NCBI GenBank assembly: GCA_963677595.1
Contig: OY782041.1
Location: 864,001-928,000, forward strand
Direction: 5' to 3'
Length of the DNA: 64,000 bases
Origin: Spirochaetia bacterium
Lineage (GTDB): Bacteria; Spirochaetota; Spirochaetia; CAKZLE01
In this document: one piece after another, positions 30,188 to 39,638 of the stretch
How positions within the stretch are numbered: the stretch's first letter is position 1
Layout: each line of letters starts with the position of its first letter
The notes under the pieces: generated by a model
What the model was told of the DNA's origin: nothing
Database searches by the model: none
What the model saw: only the letters and a program-made list of their open reading frames with translations
Translations under genes and position numbers: made by a program

Positions 30188-31732
30188 TTAGTGTGCTTCA
30201 ACCAGGCCCAGGACTTCAGCCTTGAAATCGGAGAACTCGATCCCGTTCTCCTCACAGAAGTCCCTGAGGATCACGGTCTTCGAGGGGACCTCCAAGCCGA
30301 GAGCCTCCTCGATGGTCTCGAGCGAGACCCCCATATCGATCACGTCAGCGACCGTGCTCTTACCCTTGATGTCAATAACCCCGGCAGCCGTAACGGTCTC
30401 TTCCTCATGCTCTTCTTCAGGCAGGTCCGTGACGGTCGTCCCCGGCAGTTCGAAGACGAAAGCCCCGCTGAGTTCTGCATACTGTGCATCGGTGATCTTC
30501 CCGGCTTCTTTGAGCATAGCAAGCCCCCGGTCAGTGAGGATCGACTCTTCACCGATGGTGAACGGCAGTCCTGCCCACAGGGCTGTCAGGTACCTGATGC
30601 TGTCAGTCCCTATCGCGACATAGAGCTCCTCGACATCCTTGGCCAGCACGGAATCTGCGATCGCGGTATCGTAGCCGTAGGCTTCTGCCAGGAACTCCGC
30701 GGGAATACCGAAGGCTGCCTCGACGTCAGCGAAGCTGTAGGAGCCCCTGATGTCGGCGGGATCGGAAGCTCCGGCGAACTCGCCTTCCGTGATCAGTTTC
30801 GGGATCTTCCCTCCTTCAGTCTGCCACCAGCCGATTGCCATGGTCAGGAAGATGCCTCCGAACATGATCACCAGGAGTACAGGGGCGATGACCTTCCGCG
30901 AGATGGCGAGGGTACTGCCGCTCTTCGGCCCGGTCACGTCCACGGTCTTCACCACGGGACAGGCAGCCTCGGAGGTACACTCCATACAGGAGATGCACTG
31001 GTGGTCACGTACCCGCTCCCCGGTCGAGACGGAGATGCCCATCGGGCAGGCACGGTCGCAGGCTCCGCAGTCGATGCAGGTGGCAGCCTTCCTCCTGACG
31101 GGGAAGATCCTGAACCAGTTCGTCATCCCGATCAAGGCTCCCATGGGGCAGGCATACCGGCAGAACGGCCGGGGGACGATGAGCGATAAGAGTATCACCA
31201 GTCCCAGGGTAACATAGCCGGTGATCGCGACCTCACCGGTCCAGAAGTTGAATAATGCATAGTAGGGGTCATAATCGGCGAAGATGAGGGTAGCTGACTT
31301 GGCGGTCATCACCACGACCCAGATGAGGACCACATACCTGAGGTATCGAAGGACCTGGTCCAGGGTGTTGGGGATGATCTTCCCGTACCGTTTCTTGAAG
31401 AGCTTCTTCCCGAGCTTCCCTATCCAGTCCTGGAAGGTCCCGAAAGGACAGACCCAGCCGCAGAAGAGCGGCCCGAAGAGGACGGCGCTGATTAGGACGA
31501 TCCCGGCAAGCACCAGTGATGATGCATGGATCTTACTGATGAAGGACCCTGCTGCGATCAGGTTATAGAGGGTGACGACCCCGCCGAAGGGGCATATGGC
31601 ATGCAGGGAAGCCCCTGCTATGAACGGGATGGTGATCCCGGACTCTGCCAGCGTATGTGCGACCGCGGTCAGTGCGATCAGTAGAAAGAAGAAGAGTTGG
31701 ATGCCCTTTCTCAAGCGGTTTCTCTTTTTCAT
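30188..31732 (-). CDS. NapH/MauN/YccM-like membrane 4Fe-4S protein with a soluble C-terminal extension
   Basis: CPFG, FCGWVCPFG, FCRYACPMG, CIDCGACDRACP, CISCMECTSEAACP. Confidence 0.85.
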   Translation of the reverse strand: MKKRNRLRKGIQLFFFLLIALTAVAHTLAESGITIPFIAGASLHAICPFGGVVTLYNLIAAGSFISKIHASSLVLAGIVLISAVLFGPLFCGWVCPFGTFQDWIGKLGKKLFKKRYGKIIPNTLDQVLRYLRYVVLIWVVVMTAKSATLIFADYDPYYALFNFWTGEVAITGYVTLGLVILLSLIVPRPFCRYACPMGALIGMTNWFRIFPVRRKAATCIDCGACDRACPMGISVSTGERVRDHQCISCMECTSEAACPVVKTVDVTGPKSGSTLAISRKVIAPVLLVIMFGGIFLTMAIGWWQTEGGKIPKLITEGEFAGASDPADIRGSYSFADVEAAFGIPAEFLAEAYGYDTAIADSVLAKDVEELYVAIGTDSIRYLTALWAGLPFTIGEESILTDRGLAMLKEAGKITDAQYAELSGAFVFELPGTTVTDLPEEEHEEETVTAAGVIDIKGKSTVADVIDMGVSLETIEEALGLEVPSKTVILRDFCEENGIEFSDFKAEVLGLVEAH

Positions 31733-31930
31733 CGTGATTCTCCCCTGTATTACGTAGTGGGGTAAGTATACCACCAAACCAGCATATTCCTCAAATTAAG
31801 TTTTCTCCATCTCACCTTAGCCTGAGGATAACACTGGTATCTGGAGGCGAATTTTCTTGAGGCTCACCGGATACATACAATCGATGAATCGTTGTTTTTT
31901 TCCAACAATTCAATACTGTCTCACTCATCA

Positions 31931-31983
31931 TGTGATTTTTTCACAAATAGAATGTTGAGTTTTCAATCTTAGTATAGTACGCT
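31931..31983 (+). promoter_or_regulatory. TGTGA-N5-TCACA palindrome plus promoter of rloA copy 1
   Basis: Palindrome at 31931-31945; TTGAGT-N17-TACGCT at 31955-31983. Confidence 0.55.
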
Positions 31984-32001
31984 TAGAACAGGAGAACTAC
32001 G

Positions 32002-33405
32002 ATGTTATCAAGATTCACTGTCGGGAACTTTCTTTCCTTTAAAAGACCGCAAACCTTTTCCATGATCGCCGGTCCCATACAAAAACACAAAGAACGGCTG
32101 TACCAGGCTCAGGACATGAAACTCTTGAAGTTCAGTTCGATCTATGGGGCTAATGCAGCAGGAAAGTCGAATCTCGTGAAGGCTATGAAGTTCGCGAGAG
32201 ATCTCATCGTACAGGGAACAGATAAGGTCCCTGATTCCAGCTGTTTCAAGCTTGATAGGACTTATCAGGATATTCCCTCGTACTTCGAGTTCGAGATCTG
32301 TATCTCCGGACTGATGTACAGCTATGGGTTCGAGATGCTTCTTGCAAAGAAGGAGATAACCGAGGAATGGCTGATCCAACTGGGAGATGGGAAGGACCAG
32401 GAACTATTCTATCGGAATACCGTCACTGGGAAATATGATCTTGATGAGACACTGCTCAGCCGTAACGAAGACATCGGTCGCCTTGGCATCTATATCAGCG
32501 ATCTGAGTGCTGTGAAGGATAGATTCTTCCTCAAGGACATCGTAACGAACAAAGAGACTGCGTACCTGGCGAATCCCAGGCTCAGGATCTTCAAAGAGAT
32601 CTTTCAATGGGTCTCCTCCCTGGATATCTCCTTTCCCAATTCCCCAGTTTCCGGGTATACCTGCTTCTTGGCAACAGCTACTGACCAGATCCTGGAAGCT
32701 GTCAGGACCTTCGCAACCGGCATCAGTCATGTAGAAGCAAGGGAAGTGAAGAAAGAGGCTGTCCTGGAAGATGCCGCCCCTGCTGCCAGAAAGGAGATAT
32801 CCAGGGTATTGGCAGACCTGCCCGGCAGTACAGCCAAGGGAGCGCGTTTCAACTGTAATGGGAAACTCTATCTTGTACACATGAACGGGGATGAGCAGGT
32901 CTTCAATGAGATTACCTTTGCACATGATAATCTCAAGCATATCCCCTTCACGCTGGCAGAGGAGTCAGATGGGACACAACGTCTGTTGGACATGCTGACT
33001 GTTCTTATATGTACGAAAGAGCCTGCGGTATTCATCATAGATGAGATCGACAGGAGCCTGCACCCGCAGATGACTGTCCATTTCGTCAAGAACTTCCTCT
33101 CCTTAGCGGCGAGCAAGGACATACAGCTCATCATCACCACACATGAAAGCCACCTTCTTGATCTCTCGATCCTCAGGCAGGATGAGATCTGGTTTGCTGA
33201 AAAGAACCATGCGGGAGCGACACTCCTGACACCCTTTGACCGGTTCAAGGAGCGATTCGACAAGAAGATCGAAAGGGCTTACCTCGATGGGAGGTACGGC
33301 GGAGTCCCTCTCTTTGATTCTTTCTACTTTCCTACGAGGTATACTCAAGAGGAAGAATCGGAGGACATGGTGGGAGAAGCTTGCAGATGGGGCCAAACCG
33401 AATGA
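32002..33405 (+). CDS. AAA_21 ATPase (RloA/AbiLi-like)
   Basis: NFLSFK, IYGANAAGKSN, ESDGT, IDEIDRSLHP, TTHE, DEIWFAEK, YLDGRYGGVP. Confidence 0.9.
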   Translation: MLSRFTVGNFLSFKRPQTFSMIAGPIQKHKERLYQAQDMKLLKFSSIYGANAAGKSNLVKAMKFARDLIVQGTDKVPDSSCFKLDRTYQDIPSYFEFEICISGLMYSYGFEMLLAKKEITEEWLIQLGDGKDQELFYRNTVTGKYDLDETLLSRNEDIGRLGIYISDLSAVKDRFFLKDIVTNKETAYLANPRLRIFKEIFQWVSSLDISFPNSPVSGYTCFLATATDQILEAVRTFATGISHVEAREVKKEAVLEDAAPAARKEISRVLADLPGSTAKGARFNCNGKLYLVHMNGDEQVFNEITFAHDNLKHIPFTLAEESDGTQRLLDMLTVLICTKEPAVFIIDEIDRSLHPQMTVHFVKNFLSLAASKDIQLIITTHESHLLDLSILRQDEIWFAEKNHAGATLLTPFDRFKERFDKKIERAYLDGRYGGVPLFDSFYFPTRYTQEEESEDMVGEACRWGQTE

Positions 33406-34127
33406 GAATCGAGCAACCGTATGGCTATCGATTCGATCAGGGATTAGGTCCCATCGAGCCGAAATATAAATATTTCATAGCATGTGAGGGGAAAAGAACT
33501 GAGTATGTGTATTTCAAAGGACTGATGAGAGCCAAATCTGAACTCGGTATTGATCCTTTGATAGATGTCATCCCTATACAACATGATTCTCAGACAGGCA
33601 GTCATCCATTGAGTATCCTTGATGAAACACAGGAAGTTCTGTACGACAGTGAACGATACTTCCCTGAAACAGATACTGTTTGTATTATTGTGGACAGGGA
33701 TGCCGGCAGTTTCTTTCCAACACAATATGAAGAAATGGTAGAGCAATCCGCATCATTGGGATTTAGATTGATCGTCTCCAATCCATGTATAGAGCTTTGG
33801 CTGTTGCTTCATTATACAGACCTTTCGAACTACGACCTCCAACAGATCCGTGAAAACAGGAAGAGGGGTAATCGAACGTATACCGAGATCCTGCTTAAAG
33901 ATGACCATCTCCAGGGAAGCTATAATAAACACCGCATTCAGTTCGATAGAAATTTCAAGCCGTATGTCCATAGAGCAATCAAGAACTCCAAGATGCATGC
34001 AACTGCACTAGACCAACTGAAGGTAAACGTCGGTACTAACATCGGGCTGCTCATCGGGGAGATGCTGAAAGAGCCTGCAGATCAAGCCGATACACACTCC
34101 CTAAGCTCCTGCACTCATAAATGCTGA
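33402..34127 (+). CDS. RloB-family (TOPRIM-like, AbiLii-like) protein
   Basis: IACEGKRTEYVYF, VDRD, SNPCIELWLLLH, TNIGLL; ATGA overlap with rloA. Confidence 0.88.
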   Translation: MRIEQPYGYRFDQGLGPIEPKYKYFIACEGKRTEYVYFKGLMRAKSELGIDPLIDVIPIQHDSQTGSHPLSILDETQEVLYDSERYFPETDTVCIIVDRDAGSFFPTQYEEMVEQSASLGFRLIVSNPCIELWLLLHYTDLSNYDLQQIRENRKRGNRTYTEILLKDDHLQGSYNKHRIQFDRNFKPYVHRAIKNSKMHATALDQLKVNVGTNIGLLIGEMLKEPADQADTHSLSSCTHKC

Positions 34128-34240
34128 ATCTATTTCCTCCGACTCTACCACTTTCCCATGGAAACATATTATAGTATAGAAGAACGTTGTAGACGATGAA
34201 ATGCAGAATATGATCAAGGACTATTGCAGGAGGACTAGGC

Positions 34241-35626
34241 ATGCCGGTATTCGTTAACAGGACCCTCAACATGAAGAAGATCAGGATGATCGGTTTCGAC
34301 ATGGACTATACCCTTGTCGCCTACCATACCGAGATCTTCGAGAAGCAGGTCTATGACCTGGTCATGCAGCGTCTTGCGGAACAGGAGGGGTATCCTGAGG
34401 CAGTCACCACCCTTCCCTTCGAGTTCGACCGCTCTATCGTGGGGCTCGTCATCGACCTGCGCAATGGGTACCTGCTCCAGCTGAGCCGGTACCATAAGGT
34501 GAAGCGCTCCTACTACGGGCTGGATGAGGTCCCGTTCCGGGAGCAGAACGCCATCTACCGTAACATGGCCATCGACCCCCGGGATCCCGACTATGTCAGC
34601 CTCGACACGGCCTTCGCCATCTCGACTGGCGTCATCTTCTCCCAGCTCGTCCAGCTCAAGAAGGAGGGTGCGGACCTCCCCGGCTATGCTGACATACTCT
34701 CCACGGTGGGATCCACGATGGACAGCATCCACCAGGACGGGACCCTCAAGGAGATCCTCAAGGCAGACTTACCCAGGTTCGTCATCAGGGATCCGAAGGT
34801 GGCACGGGTACTGGAACGGTACAAGCGCAACCATAAGCAGCTGATGATCATCACTAATTCCGATTACTCCTATACGAAGGCCCTGTTAGACTATGCCCTC
34901 ACCCCATACCTCAAGGATCACCAGAGCTGGAGGGAACTCTTCGACATCGTGATCACCTACGCCGACAAACCGAGGTTCTTCGAGCGGAACAACCGCTTCC
35001 TTGCCGTCGACCCCGATACCGGCCTGATGACCAACCACGAGGGGCCGATCACCAATGGCATCTACCAGGGCGGCTGCTCGAGCAGGCTCCAGGAGGACCT
35101 GGGGCTGCAGGGCAGCGAGATCCTCTATCTCGGTGACCACATCTACGGGGATGTCGTCTCGATCAAGAAGACCTGCAACTGGCGTACAGCCCTGGTCCTC
35201 GGGGACCTCGACCGGGAGATGGAGGGCGTACGCGCAGCGTACACCACCCAGGCACGGATCGATGAACTCATGGACCAGAAGGCAGTACTGGAGCAGGAGA
35301 TCAACGAGGCTGACATCAAGCGGTATGAATCGCAGGGACGGACCTACACCCCGCTCGACTCCCAGTACCAGCAGATCGACGGGATCAACAACGAGATATC
35401 ACGGCTCATCGGTGCATACTCCACCTTCTTCAACCCCTACTGGGGGGAGATCCTGCGTGCTGGGTCGGAGGAGAGTCGTTATGCTGACCAGGTAGAACGG
35501 TATGCCTGCATCTTCATGACGAAGGTCTCGGACCTTTATGACTATTCACCGAGGTTCTACTTCAGGCCTGGCAAGCGTATCCTGCCCCACGAGCAGGCAG
35601 TCATCGATGAGATGGGAACGGATTAG
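34241..35626 (+). CDS. HAD-IG family 5'-nucleotidase (cN-II-like)
   Basis: GFDMDYTL, ITNS, KPRFF, YLGDHIYGD, WRT, NPYWG, QVERYAC. Confidence 0.92.
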   Translation: MPVFVNRTLNMKKIRMIGFDMDYTLVAYHTEIFEKQVYDLVMQRLAEQEGYPEAVTTLPFEFDRSIVGLVIDLRNGYLLQLSRYHKVKRSYYGLDEVPFREQNAIYRNMAIDPRDPDYVSLDTAFAISTGVIFSQLVQLKKEGADLPGYADILSTVGSTMDSIHQDGTLKEILKADLPRFVIRDPKVARVLERYKRNHKQLMIITNSDYSYTKALLDYALTPYLKDHQSWRELFDIVITYADKPRFFERNNRFLAVDPDTGLMTNHEGPITNGIYQGGCSSRLQEDLGLQGSEILYLGDHIYGDVVSIKKTCNWRTALVLGDLDREMEGVRAAYTTQARIDELMDQKAVLEQEINEADIKRYESQGRTYTPLDSQYQQIDGINNEISRLIGAYSTFFNPYWGEILRAGSEESRYADQVERYACIFMTKVSDLYDYSPRFYFRPGKRILPHEQAVIDEMGTD

Positions 35627-36309
35627 ATTGAATCAGTGACGAAGGGGTGCCTCAGGTACTCGAAGATCGCCGCGACCTTGTCGCTCAGCGAGACGATGAA
35701 GCTCTCTGAGTACTTCGGGAGCTGGCGTGTCTTCGGGAACATATGCTTCACGATGATATCGGCCTCACGGTGTGAGACTTCGAAGTGGAGCCGTGCATTC
35801 TCCAGCGCGATATGGGGATGCTCCTTCCCGTGGGTAAGACGGGAGGCATCAGCCTTCTTCTTCTCCCTCCAGTCATAGAGGAAGAAGTCATGGAGGAGCC
35901 CGCCCCGGGCTGCGGCATGGTAGTCTATGCTGAGCAGCTTGGAGATCGCATACGCGATGAAGGAGACGCGCTGCACATGGTCGTAGATGTGGCCTGAGTG
36001 GTGGTGGTAATCCTGCAGCTTGAGGAACTCCTCATGGTAGAGGATATCACCGACGAGCGAATGGTGCTCCAATCGGGTCGGCCTCAGCTTCGTGAAGGTG
36101 GTATGTTCCGCACGCACGGAGATATAGAAGAGATGCAGTCCGTACAGGAGCGCAGCAAGCGCAGAGATACTGATCATCAGAGATACATGGGATAACAGAA
36201 GGCTGCTGGTCACCGTCACTGACAGCAGGATAAGCACCAGGTAGAACAGGCGTCTTACAGTACGACGATCGAGCCATGAATGTTTCTGGCCGTCAACTCG
36301 TATACACAT
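35623..36309 (-). CDS. HD-domain phosphohydrolase with N-terminal TM segments
   Basis: HHSGHIYDH, GLLHDFFLYDW, HPHIALENA, HMFP, SDK. Start codon uncertain. Confidence 0.8.
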   Translation of the reverse strand: MCIRVDGQKHSWLDRRTVRRLFYLVLILLSVTVTSSLLLSHVSLMISISALAALLYGLHLFYISVRAEHTTFTKLRPTRLEHHSLVGDILYHEEFLKLQDYHHHSGHIYDHVQRVSFIAYAISKLLSIDYHAAARGGLLHDFFLYDWREKKKADASRLTHGKEHPHIALENARLHFEVSHREADIIVKHMFPKTRQLPKYSESFIVSLSDKVAAIFEYLRHPFVTDSI

Positions 36310-36423
36310 TGTTCAGGTAATATACTGGCAAACCGTTGACAAGTCAAGAGATGGACCGGCCATCCGGGAGAGATTCCCTTAGGAACCAGGGTTTGAGAAA
36401 AATCTTTTAGAAACTCAACTTTG

Positions 36424-36465
36424 GTAACCTGCGTTACTTTCACGATCCGCCCCTTCCGTTATATT
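36424..36465 (+). promoter_or_regulatory. GTAAC-N4-GTTAC palindrome at -41.5 plus -10 box (class II Crp/Fnr-type activated promoter)
   Basis: Palindrome 36424-36437 (centre 36430.5), TATATT at 36460-36465, ATG at 36472, no good -35 box. Confidence 0.65.
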
Positions 36466-36471
36466 CTACCT

Positions 36472-37695
36472 ATGATGAAAGCAAAGATAGAGTTGACAGA
36501 TACGTTATATACGATCATAACGACCTACCCGCAGACGCGGGAGGTCTTCGTCGCAAACGGCTTCCCCCAGTTCGCCGATGATGCGCAGCTACAGGGGATG
36601 GGTAAGATGCTGACCTTCAAGGCAGCCATGCTCGCGAAGAAGAAGAACCCCGAGATCTTCCTCTCCCTGCTCGATGAGGTAATCGAGCAGCATGCCATGA
36701 TGGCTGAGGAGGGGGTCCAGGCACCGGCTGTCAGGCAAAGTGCCTGCTCGATCGCGGGGATCCTCCCCTGCCCGGTGAAGATCCCGCTGCTCGACGGGTT
36801 CGGCGAGTTCCTCAAAGGCTATGAAAAGGAACGGGGCAAGACCATCAGCTACCGGCTCAAGTCCGCCTCCGGCGGCCTCGGCTGGCTGGAGGAGGAGATA
36901 CGGGACGCGAAGGGCCCTGAGGACCTTCCTGACCTGGTCATCTCCGCAGGTTTCGAGCTCTTCTTCGACCGAGAACGCTACGGTGCCTTCCGGGATGAGG
37001 GCATGTTCAAGGACCTCTCCTCCTTACCTGAGTTCAACCGCAGTTTCGACGGCCTCGGGCTGAAGGACCCGAAGAAGAACTACTCCATCGTCGGGGCGGT
37101 ACCAGCGATCTTCCTCGTGGACACCCTGGAACTGAAAGGACGTAAGGTCCCAAAGACCTGGGACGACATCCTCTCCGAGGAGTTCGCAGGCTCGATCAGC
37201 CTGCCGGTCGAGGACTTCGACCTCTTCAACGCGGTCTGCCTGACCCTCTACCGGGAACGGGGGATCGAGGCGATCAAAGCCCTGGGACGGAACATGCTCT
37301 CCTCGATGCACCCCGCCCAGATGGTCAAGAACCGGAGGAACGAGGAGAAGCCTGCCGTGACCGTGCTCCCCTGGTTCTTCACCAGGATGATCTTCGGCAA
37401 CACCAGCCTCCAGGTCGTATGGCCCGAGGATGGGTCCATCCTGAGCCCGATCTTCGTCGCGGCGAAGGAGGAGAAAGCCGAGGAGCTCGCACCGGTGGTG
37501 GAGTTCTTCGAGTCAGAGGCAGTGGGAAAGATCTTCATGGAGCGGGGATTCTTCCCGAGCGTGAACCCGCAGGTAGACAACACGATCTCGGCAGACCAGA
37601 AGATGCAGTGGCTCGGCTGGGACTTCATCTACGACCATGACCTCTCTGCACTCATCAGGGAGTGCACGGAGGCATTCGAAGGAGCACAGGCATGA
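36472..37695 (+). CDS. DUF1858-like domain fused to an SBP-fold domain; no signal peptide
   Basis: N-terminus TLYTIITTYPQTREVFVANGF (DUF1858-like); LPCPVK; PKTWDDIL and WPEDG of PotD/AfuA-type SBPs; no hydrophobic leader or lipobox. Confidence 0.78.
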   Translation: MMKAKIELTDTLYTIITTYPQTREVFVANGFPQFADDAQLQGMGKMLTFKAAMLAKKKNPEIFLSLLDEVIEQHAMMAEEGVQAPAVRQSACSIAGILPCPVKIPLLDGFGEFLKGYEKERGKTISYRLKSASGGLGWLEEEIRDAKGPEDLPDLVISAGFELFFDRERYGAFRDEGMFKDLSSLPEFNRSFDGLGLKDPKKNYSIVGAVPAIFLVDTLELKGRKVPKTWDDILSEEFAGSISLPVEDFDLFNAVCLTLYRERGIEAIKALGRNMLSSMHPAQMVKNRRNEEKPAVTVLPWFFTRMIFGNTSLQVVWPEDGSILSPIFVAAKEEKAEELAPVVEFFESEAVGKIFMERGFFPSVNPQVDNTISADQKMQWLGWDFIYDHDLSALIRECTEAFEGAQA

Positions 37696-38396
37696 ACCTG
37701 GTAACCGTATCGGGCCCTCCGTCATCGGGGAAGACCTCGGTCATCCTCAAGACGCTGGCCTCCCTGAAGGACCGCTCGCTCAAGCCGGCAGTCGTCAAGT
37801 TCGACTGCCTCTATACCGATGATGACCAGCTCTACGAAAGAGCCGGCATCCCGGTGCGCAAGGGGCTCTCCGGCTCTCTCTGCCCCGACCATTACTTCGT
37901 CTCGAACATCGAGGCCGTGGTGGACTGGGGCGTGGAATCTGAGTTCGACCTCCTGATCAGCGAGTCGGCAGGCCTCTGCAACCGGTGCTCACCCTACATC
38001 AAGGGGATCAAGGCGGTCTGCGTCATCGACAACCTGAGCGGGATCAACACCCCGAAGAAGATCGGCCCGATGCTCAAGACTGCCGACATCATCGTCATCA
38101 CCAAGGGGGACATCGTCTCCCAGGCTGAGCGAGAGGTCTTCGCCTCCCGGGTCCAGGCAGTCAACCCGAGGGCCGTCATCCTGAACGTCAACGGGCTCAC
38201 CGGCCAGGGCTGTTATGAGCTGAGCACCCTGCTGCTCGATGAGGATATGCAGATCACCTCCCTCAAGGGGAAGGAGCTGCGCTTCAGCATGCCATCAGCA
38301 CTCTGTTCCTACTGTCTCGGTGAGAAACGGATCGGCGAGAGCTACCAGATGGGCAACGTGAGGAAGATGGATATGGAAGGGGGGAAGCGGTCATGA
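37692..38396 (+). CDS. HypB/UreG/CobW-like (G3E) GTPase, Cys-rich
   Basis: GPPSSGKT, LCPDH, ESAGLCNRCSPY, ITKGD, C-terminal CSYC; ATGA overlap with the upstream gene. Confidence 0.85.
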   Translation: MNLVTVSGPPSSGKTSVILKTLASLKDRSLKPAVVKFDCLYTDDDQLYERAGIPVRKGLSGSLCPDHYFVSNIEAVVDWGVESEFDLLISESAGLCNRCSPYIKGIKAVCVIDNLSGINTPKKIGPMLKTADIIVITKGDIVSQAEREVFASRVQAVNPRAVILNVNGLTGQGCYELSTLLLDEDMQITSLKGKELRFSMPSALCSYCLGEKRIGESYQMGNVRKMDMEGGKRS

Positions 38397-39397
38397 TCTA
38401 CGAACCACTCAAGACCCTGCTCGAAGCGCACCCCTACATAGACAGCTTCCTTCAGGACAACCATATACCAATCGAGGGGAATGAGGAGAGGAATGTCAGG
38501 GAGATCATCGAGAGCCTCCCGGAAGAGACCATCGAGGAGTTCGCCTACGACATCGACGCCATCGAGCAGAATCTCGTCCTCTTCATCACCCAGATGCAGG
38601 AGTTCCTCCAGGATGATGAGCAGGCAGTCACCTCGATCACCATCTTCCCCGGGACTGACAAGAGCGGAACCCCGGAGGGGTTCGAGCGCCTCGAGCTCAT
38701 CCCGGGACAGATCATCTCCATCGTGGGACCGACCGGGTCCGGCAAGAGCCGGCTCCTCGCAGACATCGAGTGGGTCGCACAGGCAGACACCCCGACCAAC
38801 CGCACAGTCTACGTGAACGGGGAGATCCCCGAATCCAAGTGGCGCTTCTCGATCTCGGACAAGCTCGTCGCACAGCTCTCGCAGAATATGAACTTCGTCA
38901 TGGACCTGAGTGTCGAGGAGTTCGTCAGGATGCATGCGGAGAGCCGCATGCTCGAGCATATAGACACGGTCGTCGACGGGATCATCGCGAAGGCTAACGA
39001 CCTCGCAGGCGAGCAGTTCACCCCCGACACACCGATCACCTCCCTGAGCGGCGGGCAGAGCCGGGCCCTGATGATCGCCGATACGGCGGTCCTCTCACGC
39101 TCCCCGGTCATCCTCATCGATGAGATCGAGAATGCGGGGATCGACCGGAAGCGGGCACTCGAGCTGCTCCTTTCCGAAGACAAGATCGTCCTCATGGCGA
39201 CCCACGACCCCGTCCTCGCACTGCTCGGGGACAAGCGGCTCGTCATCAGGAACGGCGGGATAGAGAAGGTCATCGAGACCACCGAGGAGGAGAGGTCGAT
39301 CCTCTCCGAACTCGAGGAGCTCGATGAACGGGTACAGACATTACGGAATCTCCTCAGGGCAGGAGAACTGTTACATGAGAACAAGAGGAGTAATTAA
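38393..39397 (+). CDS. ABC-type ATPase with an N-terminal DUF1858-like extension; no cognate permease
   Basis: GPTGSGKS, LSGGQ, ILIDEIE, ATHD; ~75-aa N-terminal helical domain (TLLEAHPYIDSFL). Confidence 0.85.
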   Translation: MIYEPLKTLLEAHPYIDSFLQDNHIPIEGNEERNVREIIESLPEETIEEFAYDIDAIEQNLVLFITQMQEFLQDDEQAVTSITIFPGTDKSGTPEGFERLELIPGQIISIVGPTGSGKSRLLADIEWVAQADTPTNRTVYVNGEIPESKWRFSISDKLVAQLSQNMNFVMDLSVEEFVRMHAESRMLEHIDTVVDGIIAKANDLAGEQFTPDTPITSLSGGQSRALMIADTAVLSRSPVILIDEIENAGIDRKRALELLLSEDKIVLMATHDPVLALLGDKRLVIRNGGIEKVIETTEEERSILSELEELDERVQTLRNLLRAGELLHENKRSN

Positions 39398-39398
39398 T

Positions 39399-39638
39399 AT
39401 GCACGAAGGATGTTCAGCACAGTTTACAGGCGGGTCTGAAGTAGTGGACAAATTGAGGATGATGGGATTCTCGCAGGAGAGCCTCCCCTCCCCGTTCGTC
39501 ATCGAATGTGAGCATTGCGGCACGTCGTTCATCATGAGGACGTTCGAGGCTTCCTGCCACTGCGGCATGGTCTACGGGGTGACCCCCTGCCATGCATCTG
39601 CAGCAGAGAACGTGAAGGCTGCAGGCGTAGGCTACTGA
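39399..39638 (+). CDS. Small Cys/His-rich putative metal-binding protein (79 aa)
   Basis: MHEGC...CEHC...CHCG...TPCH; GAGGAG RBS; starts 1 nt after the ATPase stop. Confidence 0.75.
   Translation: MHEGCSAQFTGGSEVVDKLRMMGFSQESLPSPFVIECEHCGTSFIMRTFEASCHCGMVYGVTPCHASAAENVKAAGVGY

Noticed and set aside
31931-31945. Canonical Crp site
   Set aside because: The spacer is 5 nt rather than 6; it is kept only as an rloA-associated palindrome.
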